A stretch of DNA of 64,000 nucleotides from an uncultured Oscillospiraceae bacterium (GTDB lineage Bacteria > Bacillota > Clostridia > Oscillospirales > Ruminococcaceae): NCBI GenBank assembly GCA_964460755.1, contig CAYWQL010000003.1, positions 28,809-92,808 of the forward strand. Reading direction: 5' to 3'. Under the pieces are notes generated by a model. It did no database searches. It worked only from the letters and a program-made list of their open reading frames with translations, and was not told the DNA's origin. Of the stretch, positions 54,455 through 63,841 are shown piece after piece. The stretch's first letter is position 1; the number at the start of each line of letters is the position of its first letter. The translations under genes were made by a program, and so were the position numbers.

Positions 54455-56851
54455 TTAACCCATTACTATTTTAATTTCGTTTTCCGCCATCATTTTATCG
54501 TACGGCAGAACGCCATTTATTTCCTCGCCGTTGAGGAACGCAGTCTTAACTCCGCTTTCAACTCCCGACGGATTTTCAACCGTTATGTTGAGCTTTTTCC
54601 CTCTAAAGCTCTTTTTCATTTTAAAGCTCTTCCATTCCTTTGGAATTGAGGGCAAAATTGTTATTCCCCCGACCGAAGGACGTATTCCGCAAATACCCTC
54701 GACGCAGCCCACCATAACCGTCGACGCCGTACCCGTAAGCCAATGGACATTGGCGCGCCCCTCAAATGGGGAATCGACCGATTCGACAAACTGGCTATGG
54801 ACATAGGGCTCGATTTTTCTTATCTCCGCCCTGTCGTTCATATACGCGGGACTTGTCTCCTTAAAGTATTCGAAGGCGCGCTCACCGTGGCCCATAAGCG
54901 CCTCGGCAAGGATTATCCATCCCTGCGATTGACAGAAGATTGAGCCGTTCTCCTTGGTCGCTCCGTTAAACAGGAACATAAGCGCGCCGTCAAACGGATG
55001 CTCCTTGTAGCTCGGCGCAAGAAGGCGTAAGCCGTATGCCGTATTCAGCAGCTTGTTCGCGCTTTCGAGCGACTTCTCCGCCTGCTCCTGTGTCGCCACC
55101 CCGCTTATCACCGCCCATGACTGGGGATTAAGCCATATATTAGCCTCGGCGTCATTCCGCGCGCCGACAGTCACGCCGTCCTCGCGGAAGCCGCGCACAA
55201 AGCGGTCGACGTCCCAGCAGTTCTTCTGAATGGTATCATATAAATTTTTCGACGCCTTTTCGATATACGCGATATATTGAGCGTCGTTCTTTGTCGTGGC
55301 GTAATCCTTCAAAATTCTCATAGCAAGATATAACTGCATCGCCACGAAGCTGCTTTCACCGTTCGCGCCAAGCCGCAGACAGTCGTTCCAGTCAGCGTGA
55401 AGCCCCGCGGGCATATCGTGGGCGGCAAGATGGTTCATACTGAAATCAATCGCCCTTTTAAGGTGCTCATAGACCGTTCCCTCGTCCTTGTCAGCAAAGG
55501 GGATAACCTCGTCGAGAAAATCAATTTCGCCAGTCTCGTCGATATACTTTTTAACCGTCGGGAAAAGCCACATGGCGTCGTCCGCGCGATAGGCGGGATG
55601 ACCCGTTTCGTTGACATAGCTTTCGTCCTCCGGGGTATCCTCATGGCCCGGATTGTGGGTGTATTTAACCAATGGAAGACCTGCGCCGTGATGCACCTGC
55701 GCGGATAACATAAACACAAGCTGTTTTTTCGCCATTGCGGTGTCAAGGTGGATAATTCCGCTTATGTCCTGAACCGTGTCACGGTAGCCGAAGCCGTTTC
55801 TTTGACCGCAATAGGAGAAGCTCGCCGCACGGCTCCACACAAAGGTTATAAAGCACTGAAACGCATTCCATGTATTAATCATAGCGTTGAACTTTTCGTC
55901 TGGAGTTTCGACCCTGAAGCCGTCGAGCTCCTTGTGCCAAAAGCTTTTTAATTCGTCGAGCTCTTTATCGGTCTGTGCCTTCGGGTCGGAATAGCGCTCG
56001 ATAATTTCCTCAGCTTCCTGCTCATTCTTTTCTCCAAGGGTAAAGACAATCGTGCGGCTCTCGCCCGCCTTTAATTCAATTTCGCTGTGTATCGCGCCGC
56101 AGGGATTTCCATTGTAGTTAAGCACGCCGTCGCATTTTCCGTTCTCGACCGCGACAGGGTTTCCATATCCGTGATAAAGGCCGATAAAATGCTCTTTATC
56201 GCCGTTAACGCTTGCGATTTTCGCTCCCGAAAGCCCAAAATAGCGTGTTTTTCTGCTGTTTCCATTAAACTCGCGCGAGCAACTTTCATTTATTACTTCA
56301 AGTATATAACTGCCTTTATTATACGTTTTGGTTATAAACTGAGTGTATTGCAAATTGACGGTATCCTGCTCGTAATTGCTGTCGGTCGTGAACTCGGCAT
56401 AACCGAAAACGCTCAGCTTTCTCGTCTTCGTATCGTTGTTGGTAAGCGTGACGCTCCAGACCTCATAGGTCTTATTGCGCGGCACATAGTACAGCGCGCG
56501 CGAGGAAATATTGCGGTAATCCGCGCTTATTTCGGTATACGCCGTTCCGTGACGGCATTCGCTTTTATAGCTGTCGAGCGGCTTGCCGACGGGCTGCCAC
56601 GAAGCCGACCAAAAATCGCCGTCCGCGTCGTCGCGGATATATATATAACGCCCGGGCTGGTCGTTGTAGTTAAATCTGTATCTTAAAAGCCGTCCCTTGG
56701 CTCCGCTTTTGACAAAGCTGTATCCGCCGGCATTGTTTGAAATAATCGCGCCGTATTCAGGGTCGCCCAGATAATTCGCCCACGGTGCGGGCGTTGCGGG
56801 ATTTGTGATAACATATTCCCTGTTTTTCTCGTCAAAATATCCGTAATTCAT
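54455..56851 (-). CDS. GH94 disaccharide phosphorylase (cellobiose or N,N'-diacetylchitobiose phosphorylase)
   Basis: 798 aa. The N-terminus MNYGYFDEKNREYVITNPATPAPWANYLG is the characteristic GH94 start. AAGGAG SD. Confidence 0.85.
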   Translation of the reverse strand: MNYGYFDEKNREYVITNPATPAPWANYLGDPEYGAIISNNAGGYSFVKSGAKGRLLRYRFNYNDQPGRYIYIRDDADGDFWSASWQPVGKPLDSYKSECRHGTAYTEISADYRNISSRALYYVPRNKTYEVWSVTLTNNDTKTRKLSVFGYAEFTTDSNYEQDTVNLQYTQFITKTYNKGSYILEVINESCSREFNGNSRKTRYFGLSGAKIASVNGDKEHFIGLYHGYGNPVAVENGKCDGVLNYNGNPCGAIHSEIELKAGESRTIVFTLGEKNEQEAEEIIERYSDPKAQTDKELDELKSFWHKELDGFRVETPDEKFNAMINTWNAFQCFITFVWSRAASFSYCGQRNGFGYRDTVQDISGIIHLDTAMAKKQLVFMLSAQVHHGAGLPLVKYTHNPGHEDTPEDESYVNETGHPAYRADDAMWLFPTVKKYIDETGEIDFLDEVIPFADKDEGTVYEHLKRAIDFSMNHLAAHDMPAGLHADWNDCLRLGANGESSFVAMQLYLAMRILKDYATTKNDAQYIAYIEKASKNLYDTIQKNCWDVDRFVRGFREDGVTVGARNDAEANIWLNPQSWAVISGVATQEQAEKSLESANKLLNTAYGLRLLAPSYKEHPFDGALMFLFNGATKENGSIFCQSQGWIILAEALMGHGERAFEYFKETSPAYMNDRAEIRKIEPYVHSQFVESVDSPFEGRANVHWLTGTASTVMVGCVEGICGIRPSVGGITILPSIPKEWKSFKMKKSFRGKKLNITVENPSGVESGVKTAFLNGEEINGVLPYDKMMAENEIKIVMG

Positions 56852-57150
56852 AAAAGAATACTCCTTACATTTTCAAACCGTACTTAAACGTTTTCGTAGC
56901 CTTTATTTTATCACATTAAACATAAAAAAGGAAGTGTCTGTTTAGTTTAAGACCTTCCTTTGACAATAAATAATACATTTTATCACGAGATTGTTTTAAA
57001 ATACTGGTGATTTTTGCCGCCTGCCGTTACGTCAACGCTCTGCTTATGAAATTTAATAAGGATTAGGCGGTTATTTTTTCTTGAAAACACGCGCAAAAAA
57101 ACAATTTAACGCAATTTGAAAAATTTTTAATGTTTTTCATTAAATTTTGC

Positions 57151-57179
57151 TTGACATTCGTTGTAGCGTGTGATATTCT
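57151..57179 (+). promoter_or_regulatory. sigma-A type promoter
   Basis: TTGACA (57151-57156), 17-nt spacer, TATTCT (57174-57179). Confidence 0.55.
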
Positions 57180-57209
57180 TACCTCATCAAAACAAAGGAG
57201 TACAAAAAA

Positions 57210-57755
57210 ATGAACGAAAAACAAATTAACATCAAAAAATCAAGCAAGGCAATAGCAGTATTAATGAAAATCGGTTACATCGCCATGATAGTCGCGGTCT
57301 CTATCTCGGTATGCAACCTCGCGTTTTTGGTTTGTACAGGCGGCGATATGGAGGTCTACCCATCAAGCGGAATAACCATAAAAGCGGCGATAGTCGACGA
57401 GAACATTAACACCACCGAGGGAATTGTCGCCCTTAGCATAGCCGTTATAATAATGTCTGCGTTCATGTTCGTCATATTTCTTTTCGCCTACCAAATCTTT
57501 AATGAAATAAGCAAAAACGCCATGCCATTTAATGAGAAATATGTCAAACGCATAAAGCAAATCGGTATTCTCATTGCCGTTATGACGCTCGTTGGAAATA
57601 CTGTCGACGCCGCGGCCTCGGCAAAAATCGGAGTTAGCACCCTCGGTATCTGCACCGACTCGACGGGCATCGCCTTCGGTATCATAATCTACTGCCTCGC
57701 CTTCATCTTTGATTACGGCTGTATGCTTCAAAAGCAGTCCGACGAAACGCTTTAA
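57210..57755 (+). CDS. DUF2975-like membrane protein
   Basis: 181 aa with 4 TM segments. Paired with a YozG-like HTH gene, which is a common arrangement. Confidence 0.6.
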   Translation: MNEKQINIKKSSKAIAVLMKIGYIAMIVAVSISVCNLAFLVCTGGDMEVYPSSGITIKAAIVDENINTTEGIVALSIAVIIMSAFMFVIFLFAYQIFNEISKNAMPFNEKYVKRIKQIGILIAVMTLVGNTVDAAASAKIGVSTLGICTDSTGIAFGIIIYCLAFIFDYGCMLQKQSDETL

Positions 57756-57767
57756 GAAGGTAATAAA

Positions 57768-57998
57768 ATGGCAATTATTTTAAGACTCGACCGAATGATG
57801 GCCGACCGAAAAATCTCGCTCAACGACCTTTCGGCACAGGTCGGAATAGCCAACGTTAACCTATCGAACATTAAAACGGGCAAGATTAGCGCAATCCGCT
57901 TTTCAACCCTCGATGCGATATGCGACTCTCTCGATTGTCAGCCCGGAGACATTCTCGAATACAAACGGGAACAAAAGACGGAAGAAGCATCAGAATAA
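57768..57998 (+). CDS. XRE/Cro-type HTH transcriptional regulator (YozG-like)
   Basis: 76 aa. Motifs LDRMMADRKISLNDLSAQVGIANVNLSNIKTGK and GDILEY. Confidence 0.8.
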   Translation: MAIILRLDRMMADRKISLNDLSAQVGIANVNLSNIKTGKISAIRFSTLDAICDSLDCQPGDILEYKREQKTEEASE

Positions 57999-57999
57999 C

Positions 58000-58037
58000 A
58001 AAAACCCCCTTTGGCATTGAGCCGAAGGGGGTTTTTA
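58000..58037. terminator. bidirectional intrinsic terminator
   Basis: CCCCCTT-N13-AAGGGGG hairpin with flanking A5 and T5 runs. Confidence 0.75.
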
Positions 58038-58039
58038 TT

Positions 58040-58789
58040 CTATTCGTAATCAACCACGTCAGCCCAGCGAAGCAGAAAATCCCGCTCCTCGGGCTTTCCC
58101 TTGACCGACTGGGAGGCGGCGACAATGGGAAGCCATCTTTCGACATATTGCCGCGCCGTATCGCTCTTCTTACAAAAAAGCTTCATATACATATCCGCAC
58201 CGTCATCGTCGCCGGCAAGCGTGAACAAAAGAAAGGTTCTCGCCGCGTCGGCGGAGGCGTTGCCCTGCGTCGCGTGCGACCAATCGATGACATATGCCTT
58301 ATCGTCGGGGGTAATAATGACGTTGCTCGGGTTAAAATCGCCGTGACAGAGCTTTTTATGCTTGGGCATAGCCTCAAGCCGCGTGTGGAGCTCATACCTT
58401 GTCGTCGCGTCGAGGTCGGTCGCGCTTATCTTTTTTTGCATCTTATCGCGAAGAAGTGTAAGCGAAGGACACTCGCAGGAGTGCATTGTCAGCTGAACAT
58501 CGACAAGACGTTCGATATACTCCGCCTTTTTCTTCGGGTTTTCGTCCATTAGCTGCTGAAGGGTTTTGCCCTCGATAAAATCCGAAACAATCGCCCATTT
58601 ACCGTTGATTTTCGTGACCTCGTGAATTGACGGAACAAGAAGTCCCGTTTCCTCAACCCGTGCCTGATTTAAAGCCTCGTTTAGGATATCCGACTTTGAA
58701 AAGCTCTCGTTAAAAAGCTTGATTACGCTGTCGCCGTCGCGGTAGACGGTCTTTTCCGTGCGAACCGCAATAATCTTATCTAAATTCAT
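58040..58789 (-). CDS. APH/choline-kinase-family phosphotransferase
   Basis: Catalytic loop CHGDFNPSNVII and the motif VIDWSHA. 249 aa. GAGGAGG SD. Begins 12 nt after the adhE stop. Confidence 0.75.
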   Translation of the reverse strand: MNLDKIIAVRTEKTVYRDGDSVIKLFNESFSKSDILNEALNQARVEETGLLVPSIHEVTKINGKWAIVSDFIEGKTLQQLMDENPKKKAEYIERLVDVQLTMHSCECPSLTLLRDKMQKKISATDLDATTRYELHTRLEAMPKHKKLCHGDFNPSNVIITPDDKAYVIDWSHATQGNASADAARTFLLFTLAGDDDGADMYMKLFCKKSDTARQYVERWLPIVAASQSVKGKPEERDFLLRWADVVDYE

Positions 58790-58801
58790 TTTGTCCTCCT
58801 C

Positions 58802-61411
58802 CTATTCGCCGTAATAGGCGCGCATATACATATCCTTTATCTCGCTCATAAGCGGATAACGCGGATTTGCACCCGTGCACTGGTCGTCGAACGCCTGTTC
58901 TGTCATCTCGTCCAGACGGTCGAGAAAATCCTTTTCCTCCACGCCGTAATCGCGTATCGTCGGCTTAATGTCAATCTTTCTCTTAAGCTCATCTACCTTT
59001 TTAATTAAGCCCGACAGCTTCTCCTCGTCGTCCTTGCCCTTTACGCCAAGCGCGTCGGCAACCGCCGCATATCTTGAAAGGGTCTTTGGGTGGTCGTACT
59101 GTGAGAAGGAACCCATTTTTGCAGGAGCCTCGGCGGCGTTAAACCGCATAACCTCATCTATCATAAGCGCGTTGGCTATTCCGTGGGGAAGGTGGTGGAA
59201 AGCGCCGAGCTTGTGAGCCATAGAGTGGCACACGCCAAGGAAGGCGTTCGCAAACGCCATACCCGCCATAGTCGCGGCGTTCGCCATTTCTTCACGCGCT
59301 TTTACATCGTTTGCGCCGTCGTTGTACGCGCGCGGAAGATATTCAAAAATAAGCTTTAACGCTTCAATCGCAAGCCCGTCGGTATACGGCGTCGCCATAA
59401 CCGAAGCGTATGCCTCGAGCGCGTGGGAGACCGCGTCGATGCCCGATGCGGCAGTAAGTCCTTTTGGAGCGTTCATCATAAGGTCAACGTCGATAATCGC
59501 CATATTCGGAAGAAGCTCATAGTCAGCCAGCGGATACTTTACACCCGTCGTCTCGTCGGAAATAACCGCGAAGGGCGTAACCTCGCTTCCCGTTCCCGCC
59601 GTAGTCGGGATTGCGATAAAATAGGCTTTTTCGCCCATTTTCGGGAAGGTGTAAACCCTCTTTCTTATATCCATAAAGCGCATTGCCATATCAAGAAAAT
59701 CCGCTTCGGGATGCTCATACAGAACCCACATTATTTTGCCCGCATCCATTGCCGAGCCACCGCCGAGCGCGATAATGCAATCCGGCTCAAACTCGCTCAT
59801 TGCCTTGGCTCCCTCGCGCGCGGAAGCGAGCGACGGGTCGGGCGCGACGTTGAAGAAGGTGGTATGGGTTATGCCCATTTCGTCGAGCTTGTCGGTTATC
59901 GGTTTTGTATAACCATTCTTGTAAAGAAAGGTATCGGTCACAATAAACGCCCGCTTTTTGTCCATAACGCTTTTGAGCTCGTCAAGGGCGACGGTCAAAC
60001 AGCCTTTTTTGAAATATACCTTCTGCGGAGCTCTGAACCAAAGCATATTCTCTCTCCTTTCGGCAACCGTCTTAATATTCATAAGGTGCTTTATTCCGAC
60101 GTTTTCGGAAACCGAGTTTCCGCCCCAAGAGCCGCAGCCAAGCGTGAGCGAAGGCGCAAGCTTAAAGTTGTAAAGGTCGCCTATTCCGCCGTGGGAGGAG
60201 GGTGTGTTGACGAGTACACGGCAGGTCTTCATTCTTGACGCAAACCTGTCAACCTTGTCCCGCTCGCTTTGCGCGTTAAGATATATCGACGAGGTGTGTC
60301 CAAGTCCGCCGTCGTCAATCAGCTTTGCCGCCTTTTCGAGGGCGTCCTCAAAGCCCTTGGCTTTATACATAGCAAGCACAGGCGAAAGCTTTTCGTGCGC
60401 AAACTCCTCGGAAAGCTCGACGCTCTTGACCTCGCCGATAAGAATTTTCGTCTCCTTCGGAGCCTTCACATCAGCGAGCGCCGCTATCGTGTTAGCCGAC
60501 TGACCGACAATTTTCGCGTTTAGCGCGCCGTTGATAATTATCGTCTTTCGAACCTTTTCCGTTTCGTCGGAATTGAGAAAATAACAGCCTCTTTTTTTGA
60601 ACTCGTCCTTTACCTTGTCATATATTTTCTCATCGACAATCACCGACTGCTCCGACGCGCAAATCATACCGTTGTCAAAGGTCTTGGAATGAATAATCGA
60701 GTTTACGGCAAGAAGGATATCCGCCGTTTCGTCGATTATTGCGGGTGTGTTGCCCGCGCCGACGCCTATGGCGGGCTTGCCCGAGGAATACGCCGCGCGC
60801 ACCATACCCGGACCGCCTGTCGCAAGGATAATGTCCGCCTCGCGCATAACAAGGTTCGAAAGCTCAAGCGACGGCAAATCAATCCATTCTATAATTCCGT
60901 CGGGCGCGCCTGCCGCCACCGCCGCGTCAAGCACAATTTTTGCCGCGGCGATTGTGCTTTTCTTCGCTCTCGGGTGGGGGCTTATGATAATTCCGTTTCT
61001 TGTTTTTAATGCGAGAAGCGTTTTGAAAATCGCCGTCGAGGTCGGGTTTGTCGTCGGAATAACCGCCGCGATAACACCGATAGGCTCCGCTATTTTCTTT
61101 AATCCTCCCGCCCTGTCCTCTTCGAGTACTCCGCAGGTTTTCGTGTTTTTATATGCGTTATAGATATATTCGCTCGCATAGTTGTTTTTTATCACCTTGT
61201 CCTCAACCACGCCCATTCCGGTTTCCTCGACGGCAAGCTTCGCAAGGGGTATGCGCGCCTTGTTCGCCGCAATAGCCGCCGCAAGAAAAATCTTATCAAC
61301 CTGCTCCTGTGAAAACGACGCAAAAGCCTCCTGCGCCCGTCTTACCCGCCCAATGGCGGCTTCGAGCGTTTCAAGGTTTTCCACAAGGATACGTTCTTCA
61401 TTTTTGCTCAT
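58802..61411 (-). CDS. adhE: bifunctional acetaldehyde-CoA / alcohol dehydrogenase
   Basis: 869 aa. N-terminal ALDH domain and C-terminal iron-ADH domain (GGGSAMDAGK). Confidence 0.95.
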   Translation of the reverse strand: MSKNEERILVENLETLEAAIGRVRRAQEAFASFSQEQVDKIFLAAAIAANKARIPLAKLAVEETGMGVVEDKVIKNNYASEYIYNAYKNTKTCGVLEEDRAGGLKKIAEPIGVIAAVIPTTNPTSTAIFKTLLALKTRNGIIISPHPRAKKSTIAAAKIVLDAAVAAGAPDGIIEWIDLPSLELSNLVMREADIILATGGPGMVRAAYSSGKPAIGVGAGNTPAIIDETADILLAVNSIIHSKTFDNGMICASEQSVIVDEKIYDKVKDEFKKRGCYFLNSDETEKVRKTIIINGALNAKIVGQSANTIAALADVKAPKETKILIGEVKSVELSEEFAHEKLSPVLAMYKAKGFEDALEKAAKLIDDGGLGHTSSIYLNAQSERDKVDRFASRMKTCRVLVNTPSSHGGIGDLYNFKLAPSLTLGCGSWGGNSVSENVGIKHLMNIKTVAERRENMLWFRAPQKVYFKKGCLTVALDELKSVMDKKRAFIVTDTFLYKNGYTKPITDKLDEMGITHTTFFNVAPDPSLASAREGAKAMSEFEPDCIIALGGGSAMDAGKIMWVLYEHPEADFLDMAMRFMDIRKRVYTFPKMGEKAYFIAIPTTAGTGSEVTPFAVISDETTGVKYPLADYELLPNMAIIDVDLMMNAPKGLTAASGIDAVSHALEAYASVMATPYTDGLAIEALKLIFEYLPRAYNDGANDVKAREEMANAATMAGMAFANAFLGVCHSMAHKLGAFHHLPHGIANALMIDEVMRFNAAEAPAKMGSFSQYDHPKTLSRYAAVADALGVKGKDDEEKLSGLIKKVDELKRKIDIKPTIRDYGVEEKDFLDRLDEMTEQAFDDQCTGANPRYPLMSEIKDMYMRAYYGE

Positions 61412-61686
61412 ATTAACACTCCTTTTCGGTTATCGGTCTATATATCATAAGATAGCACACACAACCAAAGAATTTTGACGGAACAGCGTTGTTTATCTAT
61501 CCTTGTTAATATTTTAACACAATATTTTCCCTTTGAAAAGTCAAAAAGCGAAATTTTTTTAAAATTATAACAAATTCGGAGTTTTGTTTAACTTGGCAAA
61601 ATTCGCCTTTTATTTTTTGGTTATTGTGACAATACAAAAGCGGCTGAACCAAACAAGTCCAACCGCTTAAAACTGCTATTCTGTTT

Positions 61687-62532
61687 TTAGTCTGCCCAAT
61701 CCTCGAGCCTTACGCTTCCGCTCACGGTTGAGGCTTCAATTTTCATCGCGCCGTTTCCGACCTTAAAGCTCGTGTTCTTATCGTATTTAGTTCCCTGATA
61801 CTCGTCACGAATTGAACCGCTTGTTGTCGAGCAGGTCGCCGTATAGCCGACATTACCGTCAATTTCGATTTTAACGCTTCCGCTTGTAGACGTCGCCTTT
61901 ATGCTCGTTGTATTTTCATCCGCCACTGCCCTAACCGAGCCGCTTGTCGAGGAGGCGTCAAGCGTCTTAAACGCGCCATAAACGTGAACAGAACCGCTTG
62001 TTGAAGAAACGATGGCGTTCTGTCCGCCAAGCATAACCTTAACCGAACCGCTCGTCGATTTGCATTTAATGTCGTTTGCGGCTGCGTAAAGCTTGACCGA
62101 GCCGCTTGTGCTCGAAATGTCGTAATCATACAGCTTATCCTGCGGAACCCTTATGATTATCTTTCCGTTCGACAAAATACCCATTGTAACTCTTTTGGCC
62201 TGAGTCGCCGAAAATGTGTCGCCGTTTGTAACGAACTTAGGATAATATGCGCTGTCGTCGATTGTCGAATAGTATTCTACCTCAATTTTGTCGCCGTTAT
62301 ATTCCTCTATCGACACCGCTTCGAAAAGCATATTAACATCAATTTTTTCGACGTCAGCATCAAAGCTTTCGGTCAAAATCAGCTCGCCCTCGCCAAAGTT
62401 ATTTTGAACGTTAAATAAATTCCAGCCGAAGAGCGACTGGTGTCCAATAAAGTTATACGCGAAAACCAAAACCACCACGAGAAGAAGAACGAGAAGAGTG
62501 AGCTTAACCCATTGAAGTATTTTGCTAGTCAT
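61687..62532 (-). CDS. DUF4097-type beta-helix protein with an N-terminal TM anchor (LiaG-like)
   Basis: Repeated S(T/S)SGSV(K/R/H) units. An 8-nt overlap with the upstream gene. Confidence 0.7.
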   Translation of the reverse strand: MTSKILQWVKLTLLVLLLVVVLVFAYNFIGHQSLFGWNLFNVQNNFGEGELILTESFDADVEKIDVNMLFEAVSIEEYNGDKIEVEYYSTIDDSAYYPKFVTNGDTFSATQAKRVTMGILSNGKIIIRVPQDKLYDYDISSTSGSVKLYAAANDIKCKSTSGSVKVMLGGQNAIVSSTSGSVHVYGAFKTLDASSTSGSVRAVADENTTSIKATSTSGSVKIEIDGNVGYTATCSTTSGSIRDEYQGTKYDKNTSFKVGNGAMKIEASTVSGSVRLEDWAD

Positions 62533-63184
62533 TTGTATTCCTCATTTCAAAAACAGTTTTCCAAATACCGCAGATTATTCCTGCGACGGGCCATACAATC
62601 CAAGTAACGTCCCAGCGGAAGGTTAAAAAGCTTACAAGAAGATAGGCAATCGTAATAACCGACCAATAAATGGATACCGCCGCTTTGAAATTCTGCCCCG
62701 ACTTGCTCGAATAAACCGCGTGCTCCTTCTCATTGTTTCCCTCAAAGTCCTTAAACTCTATGGGCGTGGACATACCGGTGTATATGATAATTCCCGTGGC
62801 TACCGCGGCAAGGGTCAAAAGAAGCAGCAGTCCGAGAATCGCGCTGCCCGAAGCGCCCAAGGCTGAACAGCCGATAAGCGCTACCGCGCCGAGAATGTAC
62901 ATAGCCACGGCGATAGCGATATTTCTCGCGTTGCGCTTTCTGTAATAATCCGCCTGCTTTTTGAAATCCGCGTCGGGCATAACCTCAGAAAGAAGGGCGT
63001 CTATGTCGCCGATGTTGGAAACCGACGCGCTGTACGCCTCGTTCTCCGACTTGCCCTCTTTTATGTAGTCGTCGTAGCGGTCGTTCATATTTGCCAAAAG
63101 CTCCGCTTTAAGCTCGGTTGCCTTTTTGCTTCTCGGAATATCCGAAAAAAGCACGTCAATATAGTTTTTAATTTTGTTGTTCAT
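62525..63184 (-). CDS. membrane protein with an N-terminal soluble helical domain (DUF1700-like)
   Basis: 219 aa. Occupies the middle-gene position of a PadR operon. Confidence 0.6.
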   Translation of the reverse strand: MNNKIKNYIDVLFSDIPRSKKATELKAELLANMNDRYDDYIKEGKSENEAYSASVSNIGDIDALLSEVMPDADFKKQADYYRKRNARNIAIAVAMYILGAVALIGCSALGASGSAILGLLLLLTLAAVATGIIIYTGMSTPIEFKDFEGNNEKEHAVYSSKSGQNFKAAVSIYWSVITIAYLLVSFLTFRWDVTWIVWPVAGIICGIWKTVFEMRNTND

Positions 63185-63195
63185 AATTACTCCCC

Positions 63196-63519
63196 TTAAA
63201 CTAATAAATTGTCAATTAACTGTTTCGCTGTGTTCCAGTCGCCGATGTTTTCCTTTAATAGCGCTCTGCCGCTGTCGGTTATGCCATAATACCTTCGTCG
63301 TGCGCCTGTGTTTTCGTCACCCCAATACGAGGTAATATATTCGCCCGTTTCAAGCCGACGGAAGGTTGTATAAAGGGTAGCCTCCTTCAACTCAAACCTG
63401 CCGTTTGAGACCTCCTGGATATCCTTGTTTATCTCGTACCCATAGCTGTCGTCCTCCGACAGGCGAGCCAAAATAATGGTATCCGTAAGTCCTCTGATTA
63501 TGTCGGACATTATAAGCAC
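63196..63519 (-). CDS. PadR family transcriptional regulator
   Basis: GTG start 7 nt after AGGTGGTG. Motifs ILARLSEDDSYGYEI and RRRYYGITDSG. Confidence 0.85.
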   Translation of the reverse strand: MLIMSDIIRGLTDTIILARLSEDDSYGYEINKDIQEVSNGRFELKEATLYTTFRRLETGEYITSYWGDENTGARRRYYGITDSGRALLKENIGDWNTAKQLIDNLLV

Positions 63520-63538
63520 TTTTGTTCACCACCTTTGC

Positions 63539-63583
63539 TGTGATTGTATATTATCACAAGATACCTCATCTGTCAAGGTATCT
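63539..63583 (-). promoter_or_regulatory. PadR operon promoter embedded in two inverted repeats
   Basis: On the minus strand: TTGACA (63576-63571), 17-nt spacer, TAATAT (63553-63548). TGTGAT-N8-ATCACA (63539-63558) covers the -10. AGATACCT-N9-AGGTATCT (63559-63583) covers the -35. Confidence 0.6.
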
Positions 63584-63841
63584 TTTTCAAAAATGTATAT
63601 TAATTCAAAAAACGCCGTCCACGGCAGGCGACGATATTTGACTTTCCGGCAAGCCTAAAAATTCTCTGCTTTTGAACTTTCTACTGTGCCGGCGCAGAGC
63701 TCGCGAACGTCAACGCCACTGACAAGCTTATAATCAAGGGAGCACGACAAATAATAATAATAAATATGCCTCAAATTAATATTGCTTTGCTTTTTATTAA
63801 TAATATAGTATACTGTCTACATTATTTTGAGGAGCGGCGAT

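Noticed and set aside
54317-54649. A 110-aa plus-strand ORF spanning the Hpt/GH94 intergenic region and the GH94 3' end.
   Set aside because: It starts in AT-rich intergenic DNA, crosses the C10 tract and a terminator, and overlaps the GH94 coding sequence in antisense. It has no SD.
56883-56896. A cre-like sequence (CGAAAACGTTTAAG on the minus strand) between the GH94 promoter region and its SD, and a weaker one at 19630-19643.
   Set aside because: Only about 10 of 14 positions match the CcpA cre consensus, and the outer TG/CA positions are wrong. This is not strong enough to call without a genome-wide position weight matrix scan.
63607-63800. An A6/T6-flanked GC hairpin (GCCG-TCCA-CGGC, 63614-63625) upstream of the PadR promoter, considered as the terminator of a small minus-strand RNA encoded in 63630-63800.
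   Set aside because: The stem is only 4-5 bp. I found no convincing promoter, no SD-preceded ORF and no recognisable ncRNA motif in the 170-nt region.
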